From Callorhinchus milii (lineage: Eukaryota), in assembly GCF_018977255.1 (NCBI RefSeq), contig NW_024704743.1, forward strand, positions 6,760,001 to 6,824,000: a stretch of DNA of 64,000 nucleotides, written 5' to 3'. Positions within the stretch are counted from its first letter, which is position 1. Every line of letters starts with the position of its first letter. Below are positions 52,051 to 64,000 of this stretch, piece by piece. The notes beneath the pieces were generated by a model. The model made no database searches. It was not told the DNA's origin and saw only the letters and a list, made by a program, of their open reading frames with translations. The position numbers were made by a program, and so were the translations under genes.

Positions 52051-55000
52051 CTTGGCCTATATATATCACATAAACATTCATATTTCAATGCAGAATTTGG
52101 AATTGCTGAGAAGCGATTTGCACATCATTAAAATACTTAGTTCATTTGTTCAGACGAATATAAAAAAAGGTTGCATTAAATTCACAGGGTGGTTTTAATC
52201 TCCCAGGGCTACAAAGGATTATTTAACCAGACGTTTGTATACATTTGTGCTTGTGGAACCTAAATGATTAGCAAGCCACACTGTTATACCAGACTCTACT
52301 GAGAGTTCTCATCCCCAGCAACATTCCTTGAAGTTTGGTTGTAGTGAAATTCGCAGCAACACAAAAGCATGTTTTTATGTGGTAGATAACACACACTTTT
52401 ACTTCTGCAGATGCTACCATTTTGGCGTAACTGAAAACATATGCATTATAACTTCAAGAATTTGAACGCTCAACACTGCCCAAGACTCAGATTTATGAAA
52501 CTGAGTTATATTGTGGATTTATCACTCATTTCCATTTTAACACTATAGTATCACTTTTCTATTTGGCTTATATGAAGCTAGATTAGAAGTGAAAAAAACA
52601 AGATTTATTCAAGTCTTTGTAAACTCTCTACGCTTTGCAAAAAACATTATTTCTGGGAGTTGGGGGGGAGAGACAAAAACAGCTGTTATAAATACCCCCA
52701 ATGCTGTGTGGATACAGAAAACAACCAATACATTTTTATAGTACAGTATATTCAATCCCGTTAAACTCTTAACGTGGACAAATATGATGTGTAAAAATGT
52801 TATTTTAATTTGTGCCAGTAGGGGAGCAAAACAAAATTAATATACATTTATAGAACACCTTTCACTTCAGGAGGACATTTCAAAGCACTTCACATAACTG
52901 TGAAAATAACGATTGAAGAGATAGGTCTTTGGGAAGCAGATTTGGAAGGAAAAGTAATACAATTTTTGCAAAATCCAGCAACAAAAACAAACCAACAAGA
53001 AACTGAATGTTTCACGCGCACAATTTATTGCGACTGAGGATGGAAAATGAATAGAAATTATTTTTCAAATACCGTCCCTGGCACCACAATTTTTTTTCCA
53101 AACATGTTCCAAACATAATCCAATATTCAGCTAACACTGGGTTTTTGCATCAATGTCAATCATCTGTAATAGCTTTCAGCGGCTGGATTCTTGGACTGTG
53201 CTGGAATCATCCGCTGATACAACAAGCCAGGATTTGAAAACAAGAATGTGTCTCAAAAGGTTTGATGTGAATTAAAAAAAAACAAGTGTGGAAAAGCCAA
53301 AAAACATACTGTAGTTATTTAACACTCCTGTTTAGCCCTTGCCACATAAGCATTTCTATCCACTTAATTCAAAAATATTAATGTTCCCAAATACACTTCA
53401 ATTAATGTATTTTCCACAGGTGATTATCAATTACCTCCCGGTACATAAGCTACACAGTTAAGGCCCCCATCTCAATTCTCACCAAAGTTTCAATTACTAT
53501 CAATCTGAAATTGCAAACCCATTTCTGGTTTATTACAAATTAACATTTAGCACAAATTATATTGCCCTTTACTGCACTCCGTATATCTTCTCTTTAGAAA
53601 CATAACCTTCTCACAGTGTAGACAATTACACACCAATTCATAATTATTATTGCTTTGGGATTTACAGATAATTTTATTGCTGTCACACCACAGAATTCTA
53701 ATTTGATTTGATCCTGAGGTTTTCATGTTGGGAGGACATCTCAAAGGGCTTTACAGGATTTACTTTAAAAAAACAGTGACTGTATTTTGTAGACAAATAC
53801 AGCAATGTCCCACAAACAGACATTAAGTGAAAAGATCACCACTAATGAAAAGATCAAACTTTTAATGCACTTTGTAATGCACTCTAATACACTCAACAAC
53901 ATGGAGAATTTTTTTCAAAACAGGCACACACAGTAGCAGCAGGCACTTTAGCGAAGGTCAGCTGTTATTTAACCCTTCAAATTATTTCCAAAGTAACCAT
54001 CCAAACTCCCAAGGCTTTACATCAACCCATTCTGGAGGAAATATGCTCTTAGAGTATGTTCCATATGTTACTTTTTTTCATGTCAAACACCGTCAAACAC
54101 ATATTACCTGTATTAAAAGTCAATGCTTATAGCTTGACAAAATATACCTACAGTTTGAAAATACACAGACATCTACAAGTGGTGGAGTTTTAAAGTCAGC
54201 CAAACACCTAATATTAAGAAAACACTGTTCAACTTCAATCCTCTTTGAACACTGGTGATGACATGTTGGGGAGGTAAAGAGAGGGAAGAAGGGAAAAGTA
54301 AATTATTAGTATACACATGAAAATCGCAATATAAAACCTACCATTCTATTTTTTTTAATTGTCTATTTACTCGCACTTCTGCTGTTTAAGAGCCAATACT
54401 TCCAAACCACAGATTCTCTGTACTTCTTCCCTCCATTAAAAATGTTACCATTCAGGATATGTTTCCTTTCTTTGTTCTTCCTCCCCAAATGTATTACTTC
54501 ACAATGCTCTGCATTGAATTTTACTTGATATCCAGCTAAGGCATGAAATTGATGGTTGGACTTCATAAAATCTTTTTCTAGCATTCCTGGTATCAAATCC
54601 ATGTGTTTAAACATAGGGCGGCTTTTCACATGGGGCTCAAGAGTACACAACATATCACAGAACAAGGAAAATCCATTTGGCACATGAAGCTCACTCGTCC
54701 CACAGCCCGTGTATATCCACAACCACAGGTTCCACACGACCCGTGTCAAATCCATGGGAAAGTACTGCATAAATATTACCAGATTCAGACATGGGGGTCA
54801 TTGATAAGTTGGCATTCTATGTTAATAGTTTGATAACAATTCTGCTGTAATAAGACAGTGGACAAGCAAATCTCTAGCATTGTTGTGCATTTCCATTACT
54901 CAGCTTCGTTCAGCTATTTGTCCGACCACCCCGCTGCCCTAGCTCAACTCCTCCAGTACCCAGTGAACATCTCAGTTTGCAGCCTTAGCCCCCAAAACTC

Positions 55001-56249
55001 TGATTCCAATCTCAACCTAATCACCTCCTTTTTGAAGCAGAACAATTGCCATTTTTATAGCGCCTTTTCACAACGAAACATCTCAAGAGTTTCAGGTGGT
55101 AGTTATGTTTACGTGCTGTAATCGTCTTGTAGGCAAATGTGGCAAACATAAGGACTTCTCCTCTCTTTTCAACTACTACTAATAATAATTCTTACATTTG
55201 GTAGAGCACCTTTCACATTTGGAGTTTATCTCAAAGTTCTTCATAGGACCATGTGGGAAAACACTGCAGCCCATTTCCGCACAGCAATGGCCCATAAATA
55301 GTCATGCAGTGAGTGACCAATTTTATTTTGGGAGATTATTGGGCCAGAACACTGGGAGAAACTCCCTTTTTTTTCGAATAGCTCTGAATACATGGAAACG
55401 TCCACCCGAACAACTCCACTGCAGTGCCCGCCCACGTCTGGTCTGGCTCATCGGGATGTCCTCACCTCTGATTGGCCGATGGACTCATCGGTCAAGTCGT
55501 AAGAGGGACCAACCAGGCACTTGCCATGGCCTCCTGTGCTTATTTTATAATCATGCGTTTTCATTTTACACATTGTGTTTCACATTATTTTGTGCTATTT
55601 TGTAATTGTAAAAAATGTGGGGCTCAACTCATACTACTGTTCTCAGGGTAGGGGAGAAGTGGGTTCACAAGGAAAACTTGACACTTGTTAAATTTAAGTC
55701 AGCGTCTTCTGCTTCTGTACTCACAGTCTCAATAAATTAGTCTGCATACATCTATCTAATCTTTTCCCAAAATTGGACAGAATATTCCAAGACAGCCTCA
55801 CTTGTGATCTATATGAGGTAAGAAACCCAATGGCCTGTAGGTGATTTAATAGTTTTTTTCCTCTCTTTCACCACAACTATTGACGTATGAACAATCAGGT
55901 CCAAATCCCTTTTCTTCCCCACTGTGACTAACGAACATTCTTCAGCAAATGCACATGTTATATGATTCCTCATCCAATATGCATCTCCCTACATTTATCT
56001 ACATGAAAATCCATTTGTTATTCCTATTCGGTAATCTGTACCAGATTTTTCAGACTTATTTCCCCATTTTTGTCACCCAGCCATATTGTCTGGGAATGGG
56101 ACTAAATGTTATAAATATTCTTGTCATTGAGAAACTGTGACAAGAGTGATGGGATGGAAAACAAACTTCCAGGGGCTATCCACAACCGTCCCCCCAAACT
56201 AAACTGAATAATACATTTTGCTTTCCATTGTTAAGCTAAATATCAAATA

Positions 56250-56688
56250 CAGTAAAAGTCACATAAGTCGTATCACTTGGGTCCATAACATTTAATGTGA
56301 CGTGCAAAGTATGAGTTGTGGCAAACTTGCATAAGTTGCATCATATATGATTTATGTAAAGATCTGTATAAGTCGGATTTTATACGACTAACACATAACA
56401 AATGCACAAGTACTGGCTGGTGGCATTAAGGCAAGGTTTCAAAATGGAAATTTTCAGCCCCATCAGTTTCTGGAATAACCAGTTTTATGTATTTTTCAAC
56501 CAATTTTACTTTCTGTATATTTTTCGTTTGAATGTTCCTGTTGTCTTCCTTGATTTGATTGTACAACTAGTGTAAATACATTTAAATGGATTTAATAGGA
56601 AATTGAATAGGACTTGGGTCCTATGACTTGGGTATGAACTTAGGCGATTATACGATTTATACAGATCAGATTTAGGCTAGTTTTATTG
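56250..56688. mobile_element. Tigger/pogo-like MITE (old)
   Basis: TA|CAGTAAAAGTC...CTAGTTTTATTG|TA; repeated internal acttgggtcc and tatacga motifs. Confidence 0.6.
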
Positions 56689-56691
56689 TAA

Positions 56692-57085
56692 CAATAATCC
56701 TTGATATAGTGCTTTTCATGTCAGGAGGACTGTTCAAGGTGCTTCACATGATTTACTGTGAAGCTTAGTGACTATTTGTTATAGATCGTGGCAGCTAATT
56801 TGCACACATCAATGTCCCACAAACAACCACAAAGTGAATGATCGATTTCATGTGGGAGATTGTTGGCCATCTTACAGGGAGAAACTTTCTTCTCTTTTTG
56901 AATAGTGCCACAGGATATTGAACATCTCCCCAAACAGGTGCAGGTTTAACATCTCATACGAAGGACGGCAACACACCCCAACCACTGCACTGGAGTGCAA
57001 CCCTAGCCTCTTAGCTCAAAGTCACAATGTGTGGCTTGAAACCACAACTTCTGAATCAGGTGAGAGTGCTACTAACTTAGCCAGT
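56692..57085 (-). mobile_element. Old Deu-domain SINE
   Basis: gaatagtgccacaggatattgaacatc...ttctgaatcaggtgagagtgctac. Related partial copies at ~27625-27710, 48510-48670 and 55180-55430. Confidence 0.75.
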
Positions 57086-57965
57086 AAACAATCAGGGTAT
57101 CAGGCAGAATGCAATTCTGACTCAGAATGGAAATCTTGTGCAATACCACTTCATCACAAGCCCTCTATCCTTTCCTGTGACCTGAACCCACAAAATCCTT
57201 GATCTTATCTGAATCACAGTCTCTCTGCAGCCCAGTTATCCAGCCTTTCCAACGTTGTCTGGGAGGTGAGGCAACACTTGTGTGTAAAAATACTTTTAAT
57301 CTTTCAAAGTTTCACCTGATGCAAGACCTGCCACAAGATTTAACTTTGATTGTGCTTTTGCTCATTTTTCTTCTCCCCACCCTCTGCTTGGGTGCAAATC
57401 ATTATTGTTAAATGCCTTTGGGGCATCCTCCCGACATGAAAAGTACTATATAGATGTAAATTTGTGTTGCAAGTTAATCCTTTTAACTTTCCGTGTGTTT
57501 AGAGTGAGCAGGTTTTAAGACAAAATTCTTCTACTGACAGTACATATAAAAATGTGGATAGTATGCTATAAAATACCGGAATTAACATAGAGATTATCAA
57601 TAATTCATATAACAATAATTCATCAGTATATTCACTTTTTAAAAAAATATTGCAGCACAATCTAGCAATGAGATGCTTTGACTGTAGCCCTTATTGCCGC
57701 AAAGCCACAAGGAACTTTCTGGTCTGGAAACGAAACACCTCTTTTACAAACAGCACTTCTTTCCTGCTAACAGCAGTACAGAAACGTAACTTCTGAAAGT
57801 TAAAAACTATTGTGATGCCAAAAAAAGTACCAAAACTGGAAAGTGTTTCACCCACCAGCCTGCCCAGCTTATTTACTGTATTTAAGGAAAGCTGACTCGT
57901 AGAAATGTTCTCCCATACCTCAGAACCTTTGTAAAGAACTTTAAACTGGAAAGAACACAGTAGGG

Positions 57966-58000
<35 letters not shown>

Positions 58001-58976
58001 CGCACTTAATCGGAAACAGTATCATTACAGAGCACAACTCCTTTTGAAACTTCCATGGAGTCTTTGTTACATCCATGAGGAACAGGACTGTAACTGTAAG
58101 AAACCTCAGCTGGTAACCATGTTGTTACTACTGAAATTCCACTGAGAACACTTAACAGCAGAAAAAACAATAAAGGCTTCTATCGAGAGCCACAGCCCTT
58201 CAGCCCGCAGGCTCTTTCTATTTGCACAAGCATTTGCAAATTTCTTTCTGCATAGAGCTTGGGCAACATAGCTGCAAACAATTTTGGTAAGTCTTTAAAT
58301 AGTACTTTGCTTAACATTACTTAATAATGAATGGATGCCGAATCGCTTGCCAAACGTTATTCTAATAAAGCAATTACAAATAACAAAGAAGGATCCAGTC
58401 ACTTGATCATAACCCTGATGTCCTGGCATCGCTTTCCCATTCTATACTAAAGTGGAGTCTGAATAAGATGCAAACAATGACATCTAAAACAGAACCTCAA
58501 TGATCCTGCTGAAAGCTGCTAAATGCTGCCATGTATTCTCAGGATGGAAGGCTCTGAAAACCTTGCTACTGTTATGGCCAACCAGATGTTACTCAGCTGC
58601 TCATAGCAACCTCTACAATCCTATCCACCGTGACCTAAAGCAATAGAAATGGTTTTATAATGCAGGACAACCACATTCATCCAATTTATCATTCTTTAAA
58701 GATCCATGACAAGATAATTTAAAAAATGGACAAATGTAAATATGCCAACAAATGATCTTGCTTTTCCTCAGTTTCTAAGGCTGCATGTTAGGCTCCTTCT
58801 TCTAGGTTTATATGATGCAGTTACACTGGATTCTCAGTTTGGTTTGGATACTCTTTAGCGTGGTGATGGGTTTCCGTAAACAAAAGCATATCTTCAGTTC
58901 ACAGCAGCATTACCAGAGGTCTGGGACTGGTTGACTGCCTCCGAGCAGGAGGAAGAACATAAAGAGGCAGAAGAAG

Positions 58977-59607
58977 GGAGTCCTGTAGCATAGTGGTTAG
59001 AGCACTCGCCTCACAAGTGAGAGACCTGAGTTTGATTCCTGGACAGGACGGAGTGGAACCAGGAAAGGGTGAAACCTTAGGCAAGTTTTCTTACTCCACA
59101 TGCCTCTGTTTACCTAGTAGTAAGTCAGAACCTGGTTGTTATTCGATTGGTTGATTGCTTTCTGGGGTAATAATCCCTTCAAAATACATACATGCATAAT
59201 TTGGTCACTCAATCCACAACTGTTTGTGGGACACTGCTGTGCACAATTGGCTGCCGCATTTCGCCCACATAACAACAAGAAGAAGATTGCATTTATAGAG
59301 CGCTTTCACGTCGGGAGGACGTCCCAAGGTGCTGGACAGTTGGGTCGGGACCCGAGCAGGGCGGAAATGGTCAGGGTGAGGGAAGGGAGGGAGCGAGGAG
59401 GGGGTAGAGAGTTGAGAGGGGAGGTGAAGGCACGGTTGAAGAGAAAGGTCTTGAGACCGGCCTTGAAGGAGGAAAGGGAGGAAGCAAAGCATAATATACA
59501 TAATATACACTCAATTCACTTTACAGTGAAGCACTTTGAGACATCTCATCAACATGATAAGGCTCTATACCAAATGCAAGGATTACTATTATTATTGTTA
59601 TTATTAT
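58977..59607 (+). mobile_element. tRNA(Ala)-derived SINE, long variant, with a nested antisense L2 3' fragment (~59270-59490)
   Basis: SINE body breaks after tttcgcccaca and resumes near atatacactcaattcac; the insert begins with an (AAC)n-type tail and tgcatttatagagcgc. Confidence 0.88.
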
Positions 59608-60225
59608 AAGAGAACTTCAAGTGAACAAATGAGCAGAGTTTAACATTAATGCTAGGGTCCACAATATTGCATCATACTGATGAAACTGCATCATTTAAAA
59701 AAAAGGATTTTATTTAACAATGGTTTCGTGATTTTCTAATCAGACTGGTTTTATATGTCCCTTTCCACTTGCACCATCCTGAATGGTGACAGGTTGGTTG
59801 GGTGAAAACGTGCATCATCAAGAATTTCATAATTTCAAATCACTATGCCACCAGTTGGAGGTGCATTTCGTTTAATAAGTCCCAGATGATGTGGTGGTAA
59901 TTACACAACATCACTGTGCTGTCACTTCCTCACTTCAGGACCAGGTTTCACACTGCTACTAACACTCTCCTCCATTAACACCTCAATTTTTTAAAAAAAT
60001 CACAAGCGACACAGAATCATTTGATGGACTCACGAAAAGTGGAGAATTTTTCTTACAAACAAAATCTCTGAAGTAACACTCTTATCGAGCTTTGTTGACA
60101 AAATGTCAACCAACTATTGGCACAGGAAGCAAATCACCATTGCAACTGCACTATTTCTCTGCAATACTATGCAATAAACACAATGCTGGTTCTAATTTCT
60201 AATTTTTCCCCACTTTATATCTGAA

Positions 60226-60395
60226 TAATAATTCTTGCTTTTGATATAGCACCTTACCATGTCTTTGAGACATCTCAAAGCGCTTCACTGAATACATTGT
60301 AAAGTGAATTGACTTTATAGTTTGTTGGTAAAACGAGACAGCCAATTGCACACTGTAGTGTCCCATAAACAGTCATGGACTGAGTAACCAAATTA
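60226..60395 (-). mobile_element. SINE 3' fragment
   Basis: Matches the SINE tail. Similar tail-only pieces lie at ~1458-1560, 6880-6985, 14350-14447, 17795-17890, 23810-23965, 25990-26093, 28838-28917, 36750-36880 and 62056-62176. Confidence 0.8.
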
Positions 60396-60530
60396 CGATT
60401 TTTAAATTTTATTTTGTTACTGGGAAACAATTTTTTCCATCAAAACCCCTCAAAAATGTCAAAGACCTCCATGAGGTCACCTGTCAACCTTTTTTTCTCT
60501 CCAAAGAAAAAAGTCCCAGTTCCTGCAGTC

Positions 60531-60737
60531 TAATAATAATAATCCTTGCATTTGATATAGCACTTTTCACGTCTTCTAGATGTCTCAAAGCGCTTCACAG
60601 AATATGCTGTAAAGTGAATTGACTGTATATTTGTGGGCGAAACCCGGCAGCCAATTGCGCACAGCAGTGTCCCACAAACGGTCGTGGATTGAAAATGACC
60701 AATTTATTATTGTTTTGTTTTGGAGGGATTATTATTA
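60531..60737 (-). mobile_element. SINE 3' two-thirds; head replaced by a microsatellite
   Basis: Matches the short variant from taataataatccctcc to the tail. Confidence 0.9.
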
Positions 60738-60741
60738 ATTC

Positions 60742-61040
60742 TGTGGTGACTGTCTGTGTGTTTCTCTGTGTTTGTGCGTAGGAGTGTGAATATATATGAT
60801 TGTCTGTGTGTATGTCTCTCTATATGCATTTGTAAGTGTCTGCGTCTCTGTTTGTGAGTGCCTGTGTGAGTGTGTCTGTGTCTCTCTCTCCTCTGTCTGT
60901 TTGTGAGTGTCTCTATGTGACTGTCTCTGAGAATGGATATCTCATTGTGTCTGTGAGAGTGTCTCTCTTTCTCTGTGTCTCTGAATGTGTGTGTGTGTCT
61001 CTCTGTATCTGTGTGTGTCTCTCTCTCTGAGTCTGTGTGA
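60742..61040. repeat. Compound (TG)/(TC) microsatellite
   Basis: About 300 nt of mixed GT/CT dinucleotides. Confidence 0.92.
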
Positions 61041-61093
61041 GGTGCTGGGCACTGGACTCTCAGGGCCCAGCACCACACACAGACTCAGAGAGA
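61022..61093. other. Near-perfect hairpin, 29-bp stem and 14-nt loop
   Basis: tctctctgagtctgtgtgaggtgctgggc pairs with gcccagcaccacacacagactcagagaga at 28/29. Confidence 0.9.
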
Positions 61094-61349
61094 ATCAATA
61101 AAGTGAAAAAATGTAGGCTGGCGGTAAAATGTACATAAATAGCACCAATCAACTCCCCGCTATTTTCTCCAAAACCTGTAAAACAAATTTCCCCGCATGA
61201 TCTTCGAATCTTCCCGTAATTTCGGGCAAATATTTCCGCACTTTTCTAATGACCCAGGTTATTACACTACACCACTGAGCTCTGATTAAGTGCTGAGATG
61301 CTACCCCGCGTGAAGGATGCTATATAAATTCAAGTAGTTGTTGTTAAAA

Positions 61350-61830
61350 GGTAGATGGATGAAAGAGTGACTCAGTGTTTTGGCTGTGATGGGGTGCGGT
61401 ATGGATGAAGCCAGGGCATGTTACAGAGGTGGAGGAAAGACTTAAAGGAAACTTGAGGCCCAAGCAAACTGCCAAGATTGAGCACAAGCTTCGTCAGCTG
61501 AAATGAGCGGCCGGAGAAGTGAGACAGGTAAAAAGGTTTCAGTGGAAACCAAGCAGGATGGCTTCGAATTTGTTGTCATTCAATTGGAAGAACTTGACGA
61601 ACCTGTCAGTTCGTCAGGTTCTGTCAATTTAGCACTGGTCCTGGAATCAAGGGCCGAGATAGAGAGGTAGAGTTGGGTGTTCATTCACCTGTATGAATCT
61701 CACCAAGAGACATGGTGAAGACCTTGAGACAGGTCAGAATGGAACAGGAAAGTGAAGTGTGGTGCAGGGAGGAAAGACGGAGGAAATGGATGGAGTGATC
61801 AACAGTGTTGAGGGATTTTACCCTCGCTAA
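61350..61830 (-). mobile_element. L2 ORF2 fragment
   Basis: NTVDHSIHFLRLSS motif in ORF 61681-61881 plus C-rich L2-type coding remnants. Confidence 0.65.
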
Positions 61831-62744
61831 GAGCCGCATTGGTGAAATAAATAGTTTCAAATGGTAATAACACAAATTCAAAGCACCTTATTTGTGTTTG
61901 GATTGTATGGCCTGGTAGCTGTGGTTCTGTTAGAGGCTAGGTTGAATCCATCAAGACTTTCACACTGAACTCTGCTGTGAAAGGTTTGTACATTTATGCA
62001 AGGAGGGACAAATGGTTCATAATGATTCAGAGAAAATAATATATAATACTCCTTATAATCCTTGCATTTGATTTAGCGCCTTATCACGTCGTTGAGACGT
62101 CTCAAAGCGCTTCACAGAATATATTGTAAAGTAGATTGACTGTATATTTTGTGGGCAAAACACGGCAGCCAATTGATAGAGTATCAATAGATATCAAATA
62201 TCAACAGAACCCTAGTGTTTAGAATTAAAGTTTATTACTGACTCTGCTGCCCATCAACTCTGCGCTGATGTTAGTCTCCACATGAGCCACCATGCCAAAT
62301 CCCACTCTCCTGCACACTCCCCACACTCTGACATTCCTCTTTTTCAACCGTCTAATCTAATTCCTTTTTAAATAATTCATAGGCTTTTGCTTCAACATCA
62401 GTTTGTGACAGAGAATTCCAATTCCACCCACCCTCTGTGCAAAGAATGTTTTTTTTNCTAACTTCCCCGTTTACGACCACAACCATTACAACACATTAAC
62501 CACAGTCAGGCGCTTGGGTCCTCAGGTGCCGTCAACTCAAGGTTCTTGTTTCAGGTGAAACAGGGTATTTTAATTGTGGACCAAAGTTTCAGGGAGACTT
62601 TACAAACAGATTTTTTTAAAAAAGTGATCTTAATTCTTCCAAGTCTTTAAAAGGTCAAATGCCCCTTGTAAAAGATTGAGTCTGAAAGATCGTCATTCTT
62701 CACAAGCAGCAAACAATAGGATCCCAAAGTACAAACTCTGCGTT

Positions 62745-63640
62745 CAACAACAACGTGCATTTATATAACACCCTTCATATGGGTAACGTCTCAGAGCGCT
62801 TAACAGTGGCGGAGCTTGACATCAAGCTGGGTGGGGGGAGAGAGGGAAGGTGAAGAGGAAGATCTTCAAGTGCAAGGTAAAGACAGGCAAGGAGGGGGCA
62901 AGGTGGAGGAATTCAGGCAGAGATTTCAGAGGTTTCAGGGTGTTGTGGCTGAAAGCACAAACAAACCAGTCGATCTTCAGGATTTGAAAGCTGACAGGAA
63001 AACGTTGAGGCAGCGGGATTTCAAGAGAAAATTTCAGAAGGAAGGGTCAAAATGGCCTTCAATGGGGCAGATATGGTGGGGGGCATGAAGCTGGCTGGAA
63101 TAGGTGGAGTGGCCAGGGGAGAAACATTCAAAGTCATGGAGGCATTTGAAATTGAGAATGAAGTTGTTAACTTCATCCACTAGGGAACAGTGTGGCTGGA
63201 TGAGAATGGGGGCAACGGGAAGAGGACATGGGCTGTGGCGTTCTGTATAGCTTACAGGGTTTATGTGGGGTGGGGCTGGGGATGCTAGCAAAAGGATCTA
63301 GGATCAAGGAGTCTGGAGGCAATAAAGGGTTGAATGTCAGTTTTGGGTGTGTTTGGGGTGAGGGTTGCAAAGATGAAAAAATCAGACTTGGTGAGAGATC
63401 GGATTAAAGGTTTGAAGGAGAGTTGTGGGTTAAATAAAACACTGAAGATCCACACAGGTCCTGATTTGCGGGCAGAAAATTCATAGGAGCCAAGCAGGAT
63501 AGGTCCAGTTTGTTGACACTAAAATGACTTGATGTCACTAGGGGGAAGCAGAACCCTATGGAATGTCTCTCATGACTGTGCAGGGGCAAGAGGAGGAACC
63601 ATTAGATGAGACGAAGTGAAGATGCTGGGATGAGTACGAA
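62745..63640 (-). mobile_element. L2 fragment with 3' tail
   Basis: caacaacaacgtgcatttatataacacc tail at ~62745 followed by L2-like body. Confidence 0.65.
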
Positions 63641-63649
63641 TGAGCGCTT

Positions 63650-63893
63650 CTCAACGTGCTTCACAGAAGATATTGTAAAGTGAATTGACTGTATATTTTG
63701 TGGCAGCCAATTGCGCCTGGCAGTGTTCCAAAAGCAAGTGTAGATTGAGTAACCAAATTATTATTTTTTTTGAAGAGATTATTAACCCTGGAAAAGCGAT
63801 CTAACACTCCTTCCTTACTGCTGGGTAAACAGAGGTGTGTGGAATAAAGAAACTTGCCGAATGTTTCGCCCTGCCTGGAAAGCGAGCTCGGGT
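63650..63893 (-). mobile_element. Diverged tRNA-SINE, long variant, partial
   Basis: Reverse-complement match to the SINE body including the ctctgtttacccagcagtaagg block. Confidence 0.8.
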
Positions 63894-64000
63894 CGAAGCA
63901 GGCACAGGGAGCTATATAAAATAATCACGAATATTATGCTTTGACCAGGGATGTCTCAGTATCATGGGCAGAGCGAAAGCCAGAGTGGAGGGACTTGGTA

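Noticed and set aside
52328..52370. Upstream L27 exon of MPP7 (LLRISLQPNFK-like peptide)
   Set aside because: Followed by GA rather than a GT donor and only weakly similar. The real upstream exon, like the next GK exon, was not found and probably lies outside the window.
60707..61078. His/Thr/Arg-rich ORF
   Set aside because: Translation of a dinucleotide microsatellite.

Overview
Vertebrate genomic DNA with no prokaryotic features. The repeat content (tRNA-Ala SINE with an (ATT)n tail, Deu-domain SINEs, L2, CR1) suggests a cartilaginous fish, possibly a holocephalan such as the elephant shark; this is inference from recalled repeat families. The whole window lies inside one minus-strand gene, MPP7 (MAGUK p55 family). 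Seven core coding exons with canonical AG/GT sites and compatible phases are visible: L27C/PDZ start 49798-49929, PDZ 46286-46367, 46090-46175 and 42061-42135, SH3 35733-35929, HOOK 35150-35214 and HOOK/GK start 3353-3523. The roughly 31.6 kb HOOK intron holds three further phase-1/phase-1 cassette exons of 21, 42/39 and 69 nt. The 42-nt exon gives an in-frame TAA unless the 21-nt microexon is included or its NAGNAG distal acceptor is used. The introns contain young tRNA-Ala SINEs, older Deu-domain SINEs, L2 and CR1 fragments, a decayed Gypsy element (about 10.1-13.9 kb), Tigger-like MITEs, mini- and microsatellites, a near-perfect 72-nt hairpin and several spaced direct repeats. Most ORFs in the supplied track are spurious or repeat-derived. 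I found no clear new multi-gene system; the best leads are the HOOK cassette-exon logic, the hairpin and the modular SINE/L2 family. Repeat boundaries are approximate.
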